From: Pirellulales bacterium
Lineage (GTDB): Bacteria; Planctomycetota; Planctomycetia; Pirellulales; JALHPA01
Length of the DNA: 64,000 nucleotides
Assembly (NCBI GenBank): GCA_041736895.1
Contig: JBGSSS010000005.1
Span: 621 to 64,620 of the forward strand
Reading direction: 5' to 3'
In this document: positions 52,936 to 62,236 of the stretch, in pieces
How the letters are laid out: each line of letters starts with the position of its first letter
How positions within the stretch are numbered: position 1 is the first letter of the stretch
Translations under genes and position numbers: made by a program
Notes under the pieces: generated by a model
Seen by the model: only the letters and a program-made list of their open reading frames with translations
The model's database searches: none
What the model was told of the DNA's origin: nothing

Positions 52936-53173
52936 CGATGAATCCTTTAGGAAACTGCCCGCTGAATTGAATAACGATGATTCTATCGTAAACCGTGCGA
53001 AAGAATTGGTCAATTTTCCGTCCATAATCCGCTGGTTTGTTTCGTAGTTCCGCGTCAATCTGGTTCGCGGCTCAGCTAAATGCTTTGATCGTTTCCGTAT
53101 CGGCGGGAAGCTGCAAATACAATTCCGCCAATTCGCTCTCCGCATCCGGAAGCCATGCGACGGTAAAGATCAT
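52901..53173 (-). pseudogene. ParE/RelE-like toxin, cassette 2 (T2), interrupted by an in-frame TGA
   Basis: [52 protein letters not shown]... The stop is at codon 34 (53072-53074). The C-terminal half has lost the C-[IM]-[IV]-K-V-I-x-I-W-K end. ATGA overlap with A2. Confidence 0.65.
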
Positions 53174-53436
53174 TTTGCCCTCTGGGCTTCCAAGTCACGC
53201 AAGATATCAGTTAATGGCCGACCGCCTCCCTCCGCCTCGCGTTTCGCAAGCAACTCGGGCGTCACCCAACTCGGAGTCTTCGCCGGCGCGGGAACAAACG
53301 TCCCCAACACCATACCGCGTTCATCGCAGACGGGTGTTGGGATCGCGGCGCTCAAGAAACTCGCACTCGTTTCACCGAGAACGGTGATTGGCCGTGCAAC
53401 TCCGGGACCGAAGGTGTGCTGACTGAAAGGAACCAT
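53170..53436 (-). CDS. Partner (putative antitoxin) of cassette 2 (A2)
   Basis: [88 protein letters not shown]. Clear paralogue of A1. Confidence 0.6.
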   Translation of the reverse strand: MVPFSQHTFGPGVARPITVLGETSASFLSAAIPTPVCDERGMVLGTFVPAPAKTPSWVTPELLAKREAEGGGRPLTDILRDLEAQRAK

Positions 53437-53568
53437 GATTCAATTTCCGAAAAAACGACTCTAGGAATACTTCTAATGTTCATCCTAAGTCGAAACAGCC
53501 AAGCGGTCAATTTTTTCTCTCGCGAGGGCGAACCGAAACAGAATTCGCGTGTCTCGAATCGCTGCCGC

Positions 53569-53877
53569 ATGAATATTTTGCCTCAGGGCAAGACACGTCG
53601 GCGATTCAGTTCACTTCTTCGAGCAAGGCACGGTGTCCCATGCAACCGCACGACTTCCAACACGGCATCGACGATCAACACTCCTTTCAACCCGCCGCAT
53701 TTTGAACGGCTCAGCAAACGCCGCCGCGGGTATCCTTCGGAGACCAAGGTGAAACGCGGCCGCCGCATCGTACACGGCGATAAAGAGCTACACGAAAAAC
53801 TCGGCCGGCGCGATCTCTGCCCCTGCGGCAGCGGCAAGCTTTTCAAGAAGTGCTGCCTGCATAGCGACCGCTTTTGA
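53569..53877 (+). CDS. Small basic protein with a C-terminal SEC-C metal-binding motif
   Basis: ORF 53416..53877 trimmed to MNILPQG. The C-terminus is [19 protein letters not shown]. Confidence 0.5.
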   Translation: MNILPQGKTRRRFSSLLRARHGVPCNRTTSNTASTINTPFNPPHFERLSKRRRGYPSETKVKRGRRIVHGDKELHEKLGRRDLCPCGSGKLFKKCCLHSDRF

Positions 53878-53971
53878 CGGCATCAATCGCGATGAATACT
53901 TTTAGAGAGTAAAGATATTAGCCCTCGCAGCATGTGCTGCGAGGGCTTCCTCAAAGCTTTCCAATTCCCTC

Positions 53972-55621
53972 TCATCGCGGCGGATAAAATAGCTGGTACG
54001 TTTTGTAGCCCCCGCCGAGATTGGCCGCGTTGTACCCGTGTTGCAGCAAGATACGCGTTGCTAGGTATCCGCGCATGCCAACTTGGCAATACGCGGCAAT
54101 CGGGCGATCTTTTGGAAGTTCGTGCAGTCGGCTGCGCAACTCATCCACCGGGATGTTGACCGCACTGGCGACGCTTCCGTTGGCATGTTCCTGCGCCGTG
54201 CGCACATCGAGCAAGAACGGTTGCTGGTCTGCCGGCTGTGCGAACACCGCTTCGACATCAAATTGCGGGTGATCGCCGCGCAGCAAACCGGCAGCGACAA
54301 AGCCCGCCATGTTGATTGGGTCCTTGGCCGAACCGAATTGCGGAGCGTAGGCCAGTTCCATTTCTTCGAGATCGTACACCGTCATTCCAGCTTGAATCGC
54401 CACGGCGATCACGTCGATCCGTTTGTCGACGCCGGCACCTCCAACCGCCTGTGCTCCGAGGAGTTTGCCGGTTTCGGGCTCAAAGAGAACCTTGAGCGTC
54501 ATCCCCTCGGCTCCGGGATAATAACCGGCATGATGGGCCGGATGAATATAAACTTTGCGAAATGGGCGATTCGCACGGCGCAGTATTTTTTCCGAAGCGC
54601 CGGTCATCCCGGCGGTCAAATTGAAGAACCCCAGGATCGCCGTGCCTTGCGTGCCGCGATATGTCGATGTTCGACCAAAAACATTATCCGCGGCGATGCG
54701 ACCTTGGCGATTGGCGGGCCCGGCCAACGGAACTTGCGTCGGATCGCCCGAGATAAAATCCCTGATCTCCACCGCGTCCCCCACGGCGTAGATATGGGGA
54801 TCACTCGTCAGCATTGACGCGCTGACTCGAATACCGCCGCGGGGACCAACCTCGAGCCCCGCATCGACCGCGAGTTTGTTCTCGGGCCGAACACCAATCC
54901 CTAAAATCACCAATTGCGCTGGCAGACGTTCACCCGACTTCAAACGAACGACAAGATCGGTACCCTGCTGCTCAAAGCCCTCAGCCGATTGTCCAAGCAA
55001 GACGTCGACGCCGCGCGCTTGCAACGCCGCGAGGATTGGCGCGGTCATTTCCTTATCCAACGGCGGCATCACTTGGTCCTGCAACTCGACCAAGGTTGTT
55101 TGCACACCGTGGCGGAGAAAATTCTCAACCAGTTCCAATCCAATAAACCCAGCGCCGACGACAACCGCCTGCTTGATCCCCTTGTCGACGCATGCCTTGA
55201 TGCGATCGACATCTTGCAAATTTCGCAGCGTGAAAATACCCGGCAATTCGAGCCCGGGCACTGGCGGCCGGAGAGGAGCCGCGCCAGGGGCGAGGATCAG
55301 TTTATCGTAACTCTCGTCATATTCGCGTCCCGTCGTGAGGTCCCGCACGCGAAGGGACTTGTTCTGGCGATTGATCGATTCGACGTTTGAATTCGTCCGC
55401 ACGTCGAGCTTGAAGCGTGTGCGCAGCATCTCGGGTGTGGTCACCAGCAGCTTCTTACGCTCCGCAATTTCGCCGCCGACGTAATAGGGCAAACCGCAAT
55501 TGGCAAATGAAACATCAGGTCCGCGTTCGAAGAGGATAATTTCAGCATCTTCGGATAGTCGCCGCGCTCGCGCCGCAGCAGAAGCCCCGCCGGCAACGCC
55601 GCCGACAATTAATAGTTTCAT
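53972..55621 (-). CDS. CoA-disulfide reductase-type FAD oxidoreductase fused to a C-terminal rhodanese domain
   Basis: MKLLIVGGVAGGASAAARARR, redox Cys in SFANCGLPYY, and rhodanese active-site loop CQVGMRG near the C-terminus. Confidence 0.9.
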   Translation of the reverse strand: MKLLIVGGVAGGASAAARARRLSEDAEIILFERGPDVSFANCGLPYYVGGEIAERKKLLVTTPEMLRTRFKLDVRTNSNVESINRQNKSLRVRDLTTGREYDESYDKLILAPGAAPLRPPVPGLELPGIFTLRNLQDVDRIKACVDKGIKQAVVVGAGFIGLELVENFLRHGVQTTLVELQDQVMPPLDKEMTAPILAALQARGVDVLLGQSAEGFEQQGTDLVVRLKSGERLPAQLVILGIGVRPENKLAVDAGLEVGPRGGIRVSASMLTSDPHIYAVGDAVEIRDFISGDPTQVPLAGPANRQGRIAADNVFGRTSTYRGTQGTAILGFFNLTAGMTGASEKILRRANRPFRKVYIHPAHHAGYYPGAEGMTLKVLFEPETGKLLGAQAVGGAGVDKRIDVIAVAIQAGMTVYDLEEMELAYAPQFGSAKDPINMAGFVAAGLLRGDHPQFDVEAVFAQPADQQPFLLDVRTAQEHANGSVASAVNIPVDELRSRLHELPKDRPIAAYCQVGMRGYLATRILLQHGYNAANLGGGYKTYQLFYPPR

Positions 55622-55712
55622 ACACAGACACCTTTGTTCCTTCTCTCAATCGTCAAACTCTAGAACAAATCACTAGCTTTCTGCAATTCAATAGTCTGTC
55701 CCGATTGGAAAG

Positions 55713-56135
55713 TTATTCCCCAATCACCTTAACCAGCACCCGCTTCGCCCGCCGCCCGTCAAACTCACCGTAAAAGATTTGCTCCCATGGGCCGAAATCG
55801 AGCTTGCCCTTCGTGATTGCGACGACGACTTCGCGGCCCATGATTTGCCGCTTCATGTGGGCATCGGCGTTGTCCTCGCCCGTTCGATTGTGGGCATACG
55901 TCTGCGGCGATTCGTCGAACGGCGCGAGCTTTTCGAGCCACCGCTCGTAATCGGCATGCAATCCGGGTTCGTCGTCGTTGATGAAGACGCTGGCCGTGAT
56001 GTGCATCGCATTGACCAAGCACAGCCCTTCTTGCACGCCGCTGCGTTTGACCAGCTCGCTCACGGTATTCGTGATGTTGATGAACCCGCGGCGTGAGGGG
56101 ACGGTGAACGAGAGATGTTCGGTGAGGGATTTCAT
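55713..56135 (-). CDS. yjbQ: YjbQ/UPF0047-family protein (secondary thiamine-phosphate synthase)
   Basis: [23 protein letters not shown]...[20 protein letters not shown]...[13 protein letters not shown]. Confidence 0.9.
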   Translation of the reverse strand: MKSLTEHLSFTVPSRRGFINITNTVSELVKRSGVQEGLCLVNAMHITASVFINDDEPGLHADYERWLEKLAPFDESPQTYAHNRTGEDNADAHMKRQIMGREVVVAITKGKLDFGPWEQIFYGEFDGRRAKRVLVKVIGE

Positions 56136-56147
56136 AAGAGCACTCGA

Positions 56148-56408
56148 TTAACTTTTCCAGATACCGATGACTTTAATCATGCAATCGAGCGGGGAGAATT
56201 CGCAAACGATATTCAACATATTGACTTGCAAATGAAAGTTTTTTGATTTCGACTCGCTCGCGTATTCTTGCATCAAGGAAGTGATCAGACTATCGACTTT
56301 ATCTGCGGCAGAAGTGATTCGTTGTTTCTCATTTTTGTCGGCACCTGACATCCAAATCACGGATAGATCATCAAGCGCCTGCTTCGTCCAGATGATCGTG
56401 AACTTCAT
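56148..56408 (-). CDS. ParE/RelE-fold toxin-like protein, cassette 3 (T3)
   Basis: MKFTIIWTKQALDDLSVIWM...SAADKVDSLI...SPLDCMIKVIGIWKS. Paralogue of T1. ATGA overlap with A3. Confidence 0.7.
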   Translation of the reverse strand: MKFTIIWTKQALDDLSVIWMSGADKNEKQRITSAADKVDSLITSLMQEYASESKSKNFHLQVNMLNIVCEFSPLDCMIKVIGIWKS

Positions 56409-56620
56409 TCGGGAAACCTCCGTTTCAATTCTGCAATGACTTCCTGTGTCGTATAGATGCCAGGTTCCGTCGCGCGTCGCTCAAGCTCCTCGAGCGTCCA
56501 GGGACAACCAGACATGGGATGAAACATGCCAACAATATGCCCCGTCTCATCAACCACCATCGTCGGAGTTTGCAAGGCAGATGCTTGCGTTGAGAGATTG
56601 CCAAGCGTAATCGTTGACAT
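56405..56620 (-). CDS. Partner (putative antitoxin) of cassette 3 (A3)
   Basis: ORF 56405..56668 trimmed to MSTITLGNLSTQASALQTPTMVVDETGHIVGMFHPMSGCPWTLEELERRATEPGIYTTQEVIAELKRRFPE. It has the same motif order as A1 and A2. Confidence 0.6.
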   Translation of the reverse strand: MSTITLGNLSTQASALQTPTMVVDETGHIVGMFHPMSGCPWTLEELERRATEPGIYTTQEVIAELKRRFPE

Positions 56621-56712
56621 CGATTCACCCAAAAAATGTGATAGCTTCGTAGCCTGCGCCAATCGCAACTGACTCTATTATACCCTGTCGTAACTTGCAA
56701 AGAAAATAATCA

Positions 56713-57315
56713 TTACACCCTCCGTACCACTGCGAACCACGCCCTCGGCCCCCCAACGCTAAAACCGTCATTCGGCTCAGGCCGAACTTCATATCGCGAG
56801 GGCTCAATCGATTCGATCACCCAACCATTAGCAAACGCGGCTTCGATCTCGGCACGCGTGACTCGGCGCGGACCTTCGGTGCCAGGCTCTGCGTCGCTGA
56901 AGCAAAGAAAGAACAATCGCCCGCCGGGTTTGAGTACACTGGCCACACCCGCGACGTAGCGGACTCGATCTTCATCGCCAAAAACATGAAACAACCCGCT
57001 GTCGATCACCGTGTCGAAAACCTCGGGCATTTCCGTTAACGCCAAGGCATCCATGACGAGAAAGGTCGCCGTTAGCCCTCGCTCGATCGCCTTCTGCTTC
57101 GCACGTTTGATCGGCTCTTCGAGAAAGTCGATGCCCGTGACCTTGCGGCCGCGTTGGGCAAAGAAAAGGGCGTTTTCTCCGGTACCGCAGCCCGAATCCA
57201 GGATCGAGCCGGTGATGTGATCAGCGGCGTCGATGAACGCTTTTTGTGGTCGGCCGGTTTCCCAGCGCGGCTGGCCGGCATAAATCGTTTCAAACGTCTC
57301 ACGGCCAATCGACAT
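56713..57315 (-). CDS. Class I SAM-dependent methyltransferase (TehB/TPMT-like size)
   Basis: ILDSGCGTGENALFFAQRGRKVTGIDFLEEPIKRAK. Confidence 0.8.
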   Translation of the reverse strand: MSIGRETFETIYAGQPRWETGRPQKAFIDAADHITGSILDSGCGTGENALFFAQRGRKVTGIDFLEEPIKRAKQKAIERGLTATFLVMDALALTEMPEVFDTVIDSGLFHVFGDEDRVRYVAGVASVLKPGGRLFFLCFSDAEPGTEGPRRVTRAEIEAAFANGWVIESIEPSRYEVRPEPNDGFSVGGPRAWFAVVRRV

Positions 57316-57350
57316 GGCGATTTCTCCTCATTCAGAATTCTTTCAAGCGA

Positions 57351-59147
57351 TTACATCACGCGTTGGCGTCGTCGTTGCAGCGCAAAGAAAACCTCTGCCG
57401 CCGCCACCAAACAAATCAAGTACCACCCTGCCTTGCCTGGCACCTCGCCGTAGCGAATGTATGGACTCAGCTCGCGCGCTGCAGGCGAATCAAACTCCAT
57501 CGCGTTGACCAACAAGATATCCGTCTTACGCCGGGCCCCTTGATTCAGAATTCTTCCCGCTGGATCGATGTTGCCCGAGAAGCCGGTGTTGGCCGCGATC
57601 AAGAGCGGCCGCCGTGCTTCGATCGCGCGGAACACGCCGCAGCGCAGATGCAAATCCAACTCGCTCGACCCAAAGAACCAACCGTCGTTGGTCACGCTCA
57701 CGAGCACATCCGGCGTCTTGTTTTGCGCCGCGAGTTCGAGCATCTGGGCGCGGATCACTTGCGGCATGACGGTTTCGTAACAGATGTTGGGGCTGATGCG
57801 CACCGTGCGACCGGCGGCATTCACGATTTCGTAGCTGCGAGCCTCAACCCCGGCCGATAGTCCGCCGGAGAGATGTGAGACCGAATAAATCCAGGGCAGC
57901 CACTGCCCAAACGGGATGAACTCGCCGAACGGCACCAGATGCCGTTTGTCATAGGGTTCGCGGAGCGCGCCGGTTTGGTCGATGAAGAAGGCCGAATTGA
58001 ATCGCTCATTATTCGGCGGGACAAGTGAATGCCACAGAACACGATCGGAACCCGTCAGGATCGCCGTTCCCACAGGCGCACGTTCACGAAAAAACTTTAG
58101 CAGTGCGTTGCGATATTCCTGCACGATTTCGGCCGGCGGTTTGTTCATGTTCGGCGGAGGCACAAAATCTGGCGCAAACGTCTCTGGCGGAACGCGGAAC
58201 ATCGATTCGGGCCAGACGATAAGCTCGATCTTTTGCGGCAGCGGCTGTATTGTTCGCAGCCGATCGCGCGTGAGTGCGACATTCGGATCCAAGTCCGTTC
58301 CCAAATTCTTAGGGATTTCTTCGCCTGACTTTCGCTCGCGCCAGGCATACGTCAATATTTCGGTCAGCCGTCCGTACTGATTCAAGACCTCGGCGGATGA
58401 CATGGCGCGGTGATCGAAGTACGAATCCACACTTCCTTGAATCAAGCCCGCGGTCAAAATCGGCGACGTCGGCTCGCGCAGCCAAGCATTACCGTACAGA
58501 CACGCGGCCGTAATGATGGCCGCAGTGCAAACGCTGCCAAATGCGAGTTGCAGATTCCGCTGCGGCGACGAGCTATACCACCACGCTACCAGCACGGCGC
58601 TGGGCAGCGTCACTATCCCGCTGACCAGCGATGCACCCGCAAGGTCGGCGCATTGGATCAGCGGGCCAACTTGCCATTGTGTATGACCAAGCCCCGCCAT
58701 GCTGAACCCCGTCAAGACCCAAGTCCGTGCATGCTCTAACCCCATCCAGACCAGCGGTACGGCCACTGGCAGCGGCATGCGCCAACGATGCACCAGCGCG
58801 CGGCATGCGCCGACGAACGCGGGCGTGTAAAATGCCAAGTACCCCGGCAGCGCGAGCCAACTAAAAATCCCGGCCCAATGCGGCAGCGTCAGCCAATACA
58901 AGACGACGCCCCAAAACAGAAACCCGGCCGCGTACAACGACAACCACGGCCGTCGCCCCGGCAACTCCGGCACCGCGATCAACCGCAGCCATGGAATCAA
59001 CGCGACCCAAGCCAGCGGCCACAGATCAAACGGCGGAAAGCTCAGGAACAAGAGGATGGAGCCCAGGCAAGCCTGAAACAACGTCCCCTGCCGCCAGCGC
59101 AGCTCATCGCGGAATTTCAACTTCGCGTCATCCATGACCATCCTCAC
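57351..59147 (-). CDS. lnt: Apolipoprotein N-acyltransferase
   Basis: Multi-TM N-terminal half and a C-terminal CN-hydrolase domain (LIVWPESMF, ICYETVMPQV, TNDGWF). Confidence 0.9.
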   Translation of the reverse strand: MRMVMDDAKLKFRDELRWRQGTLFQACLGSILLFLSFPPFDLWPLAWVALIPWLRLIAVPELPGRRPWLSLYAAGFLFWGVVLYWLTLPHWAGIFSWLALPGYLAFYTPAFVGACRALVHRWRMPLPVAVPLVWMGLEHARTWVLTGFSMAGLGHTQWQVGPLIQCADLAGASLVSGIVTLPSAVLVAWWYSSSPQRNLQLAFGSVCTAAIITAACLYGNAWLREPTSPILTAGLIQGSVDSYFDHRAMSSAEVLNQYGRLTEILTYAWRERKSGEEIPKNLGTDLDPNVALTRDRLRTIQPLPQKIELIVWPESMFRVPPETFAPDFVPPPNMNKPPAEIVQEYRNALLKFFRERAPVGTAILTGSDRVLWHSLVPPNNERFNSAFFIDQTGALREPYDKRHLVPFGEFIPFGQWLPWIYSVSHLSGGLSAGVEARSYEIVNAAGRTVRISPNICYETVMPQVIRAQMLELAAQNKTPDVLVSVTNDGWFFGSSELDLHLRCGVFRAIEARRPLLIAANTGFSGNIDPAGRILNQGARRKTDILLVNAMEFDSPAARELSPYIRYGEVPGKAGWYLICLVAAAEVFFALQRRRQRVM

Positions 59148-59289
59148 TCCCAGAATTCAATACAGAATTTTTGTATCATACTCTTTTGCGATCCTTTGTA
59201 GAATCTCAACGTCGTCGATTCAGGGGAGCGGAGCTCCCGGGCTTCGGAATTCTTCTTCCTCCTTCCTTCATCCTCCTTGATTCCTCTCT

Positions 59290-59910
59290 TTGCTTTCCCC
59301 AATCCCCAACCCCGAATCCCGAACCCCCGCGAAACTCATCCTCGCCTCGCGTTCGCCGCGGCGCAAACAATTGCTCAGCGACGCCGGGTATACCTACGAC
59401 ATCCTCGTGCCGGCGTCGGCGGATGAGTGCGGTTCGTGCAGCCGCGAGAGTCCGGCGGAATTGGTGCTGCGCCTCGCGCTGCAAAAGGCCAAGGACGTCG
59501 CCCGGCAACTCGTTGCCGCGAACCGCAACGGAGTGATCGTTGCTTGTGACACGGTCGCCGAAATCGACGGGCAGGTTCTCGGCAAACCCGAGAACATCGA
59601 CCAGGCGCGGCGCATGCTCACGATGATCCGCGGCCGCGAGCATCGAGTCCTGAGCGGGCTGTGTCTCTGGCAAATTCCAGGCGGCGCACCGTGCACGCAG
59701 CTTGATGTCACACGACTCGTCATGGACCCGATCAGCGACGCGCAGCTCGAAGAGTACCTCGACACTTATGCGTGGGAGGGGAAATCCGGCGCGTTCGGCT
59801 ATCAAGACGGCTGGGATTGGCTGCACATCGTTCAAGGCAGCGAAAGCAACGTTGTCGGGCTGCCGATGGAGTTGCTCGAGCGGATGCTCGAATCACAATC
59901 CGACGCGTAA
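59290..59910 (+). CDS. maf: Maf-family nucleoside-triphosphate pyrophosphatase
   Basis: KLILASRSPRRKQLLSDAGY...GKSGAFGYQDG. TTG start; no better start is available. Confidence 0.85.
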   Translation: MLSPIPNPESRTPAKLILASRSPRRKQLLSDAGYTYDILVPASADECGSCSRESPAELVLRLALQKAKDVARQLVAANRNGVIVACDTVAEIDGQVLGKPENIDQARRMLTMIRGREHRVLSGLCLWQIPGGAPCTQLDVTRLVMDPISDAQLEEYLDTYAWEGKSGAFGYQDGWDWLHIVQGSESNVVGLPMELLERMLESQSDA

Positions 59911-59932
59911 GCGAGGGCGCTAACTTTTTCTC

Positions 59933-59961
59933 TTGCTAGTTCTAATTTTAAGAACTAGAAT
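59933..59961 (+). promoter_or_regulatory. Candidate higBA promoter with an embedded operator palindrome
   Basis: TTGCTA - 17 nt - TAGAAT. The spacer carries CTAGTTCT-aatttta-AGAACTAG (59936-59958). It lies 30 nt upstream of the higB ATG. Confidence 0.45.
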
Positions 59962-59990
59962 CCAAGTTATAAGCAAACAAGGCCAAATTG

Positions 59991-60299
59991 ATGCGTGTCA
60001 TCACTAAAAGAAAATTGGTAAGCTTTTGGCAGGAAAACCCAACTGCTGAAAAGTCGCTGCGTGTTTGGTATCGCAACGTCAACAATAAGCAATTGGCATG
60101 GAAGGATTTTTCCGACCTCAAAGCGACCTACGCTACCGCGAGCAAAGCCGGTGATTGTGTGGTTTTCAATGTAGGCGGTAACAAGTTTCGCGTGATTGCT
60201 AAAATTAACTATCTGACGCATCTTATTTTTGTGCGCGCTGTGCTAACGCACGCGGAGTATGACCTGGATCATTGGAAAGAAGATTGCAACTGTGAATGA
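59991..60299 (+). CDS. higB: HigB-family toxin (RelE-fold mRNA interferase)
   Basis: MRVITKRKLVSFWQENPTAEKSLRVWYRNV...VVFNVGGNKFRVIAKINY...IFVRAVLTHAEYD closely follows the HigB family pattern. Confidence 0.9.
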   Translation: MRVITKRKLVSFWQENPTAEKSLRVWYRNVNNKQLAWKDFSDLKATYATASKAGDCVVFNVGGNKFRVIAKINYLTHLIFVRAVLTHAEYDLDHWKEDCNCE

Positions 60300-60320
60300 A
60301 TCGCTCAGAATGACACGATC

Positions 60321-60746
60321 ATGAAATACCTTACTAAAAACCAACAGACCGAATACCTGGAACTCATCCGCGAGTTTCCTTTGATTCCGATCAAATCCGA
60401 ACGCCATTTAACGGCCGCCGAAGCTATGATCGATCGTTTTCTTAAAGTAAAAAAACTCTCGGGCGGCGCGCGAGCCTATTTCGAAGTCCTCTGCGATCTG
60501 GTGGCCAATTACGAAGATGAACATTACCCCATCCCAATGGCAAGCGACGCCGATTTGCTGGAACACCTCCTCGAAGCCAAAGGCGTCACCCAAAATCAAT
60601 TGCACAAAGAGACCGGCTTGGCAAAGAGCGGCATCTCGGAAATCTTGTCCGGTAAAAAATCGTTCAGCAAAGCGATGATTGCCCCGTTGGCCGAATATTT
60701 TCATGTTCCCACTTCGGTTTTCACCGCAAACATTGGCAAGAAATAA
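60321..60746 (+). CDS. higA: HigA-family antitoxin (XRE-type HTH)
   Basis: It lies downstream of the toxin (reverse TA order typical of higBA). LLEAKGVTQNQLHKETGLAKSGISEILSGKKSFSKAMIAPLAEYFHV. Confidence 0.85.
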   Translation: MKYLTKNQQTEYLELIREFPLIPIKSERHLTAAEAMIDRFLKVKKLSGGARAYFEVLCDLVANYEDEHYPIPMASDADLLEHLLEAKGVTQNQLHKETGLAKSGISEILSGKKSFSKAMIAPLAEYFHVPTSVFTANIGKK

Positions 60747-60821
60747 CTCCGTCCCTCAATATGCTCGCCATCGGCGGCTTTGTTGAGATTATCCAAACAC
60801 CAACTTCTTACGAGTTCCCTC

Positions 60822-62027
60822 ATGGACATTCCCGCTATTCAATCCGCGCTGGCCGAGTTCGGCATCGATGCTTGGCTGCTCGCTGACTTTCGCGGGTCGA
60901 ATCCGCTCGCGCAAAAAGTGGTCGGGATTCCGCCAACCGCTCATCAGACCCGGCGCTGGATGTATTTCATCCCGCGCGTCGGGCAGCCGAAGAAACTTGT
61001 CCATCGGGTCGAGGCCGGCACCCTTGATCATGTTCCGGGTGAGAAACGCGTCTTTCTCAAGTGGCAAGAGTTCGAAGCCGGAGTCGCGTGGCTGCTCGCC
61101 GAGACGCTGATGCAAACCCCAAGGCCCAAGATCGCCATGGAGTACTCGCCGCGCAACGCGATCCCCTACATCTCGCGCGTCGATGCTGGAACCGTCGAAC
61201 TCGTGCGCGCCGTGGGGGGCGAGCCCGTTTCCAGCGGCGACTTGATCCAGCAGTTCGAGGCCACCTGGAACGACGAGCAGTGGGCACTGCATCAAACGGC
61301 CGAACATGTGACCACCTCGGCGTACGACCTGGTCTGGGATTATCTGCGTCAACAGTTGCTCGATAGCAAAACGCCTACCGAATGCGACGTGCAAGACCTG
61401 ATCATGGCGCACTTCAAGCGTCATAACTGCGTCACCGATCATCCGCCCATCATTGGCGTTAACGGCAATGGCGCCGATCCGCATTACTCCCCCGAACGAG
61501 GCAAGGACGCACCAATCCGTCCGGGCGACCTGCTGCTGGTAGATCTTTGGTGCAAGGTCGACCATCCGCTCGGTGTGTACAGCGACCTGACGCGCATGGC
61601 GTATCTCGGCCACGAGGTTCCGCAAAAACACGCCGGCATCTTTGCCGTCGTCGCGATGGCTCGCGACGCCGGGATCGCGCTGGTGCGCGAGCGGTTCTCG
61701 CAGAACCAACCTCTCGCCGGTTGGGAAGTCGACGCCGCCACGCGCCGCGTCATCGAAAACGCCGGCTACGGTGAGGCATTTTGCCATCGCACGGGCCACA
61801 ACATCGGCGCGAGCACCCACGGCAACGGCGCGCACATGGACAATCTCGAAACGCGCGACGAGCGCCGCGTCTTGCGTCGCACGTGCTTCTCGATCGAACC
61901 GGGCATCTACCTGCCCGACCAGAACGCCGGCTACCGCAGCGAGATCAATGTCTTTGTCGACGGCGAAGGGAGCGTCCACGTCACCGGCGGGCAGTTGCAG
62001 AGGGAGATTGTCGCGGTGCTGGGGTAA
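60822..62027 (+). CDS. M24-family metallopeptidase (Xaa-Pro aminopeptidase/creatinase-like)
   Basis: ORF 60780..62027 trimmed to MDIPAIQSAL. LLVDLW, HRTGHNIG and SIEPGIY metal-ligand motifs are present. Confidence 0.85.
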   Translation: MDIPAIQSALAEFGIDAWLLADFRGSNPLAQKVVGIPPTAHQTRRWMYFIPRVGQPKKLVHRVEAGTLDHVPGEKRVFLKWQEFEAGVAWLLAETLMQTPRPKIAMEYSPRNAIPYISRVDAGTVELVRAVGGEPVSSGDLIQQFEATWNDEQWALHQTAEHVTTSAYDLVWDYLRQQLLDSKTPTECDVQDLIMAHFKRHNCVTDHPPIIGVNGNGADPHYSPERGKDAPIRPGDLLLVDLWCKVDHPLGVYSDLTRMAYLGHEVPQKHAGIFAVVAMARDAGIALVRERFSQNQPLAGWEVDAATRRVIENAGYGEAFCHRTGHNIGASTHGNGAHMDNLETRDERRVLRRTCFSIEPGIYLPDQNAGYRSEINVFVDGEGSVHVTGGQLQREIVAVLG

Positions 62028-62095
62028 CCGGCTGCGCGAAAGTTTTTGCCGACACCGCTTCGCGCGATTCATGGATCTTTTCCAATAATTAAGGC

Positions 62096-62118
62096 GAACC
62101 AATTTCGGTCTTTGGTTC
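62096..62118 (+). terminator. Weak hairpin after the M24 gene
   Basis: GAACCAA-tttcggtct-TTGGTTC followed by TCTAAAATATTT. Confidence 0.3.
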
Positions 62119-62236
62119 TCTAAAATATTTGCCGAACGATCCTTTGCATGATACGTTGAATGCGGGAGGCTTAGTCCAGGCTTCCTTCTACTCCTGAAAC
62201 TAGCCTGGGCGATTACCTCCCATTTTTTATTGGTTT

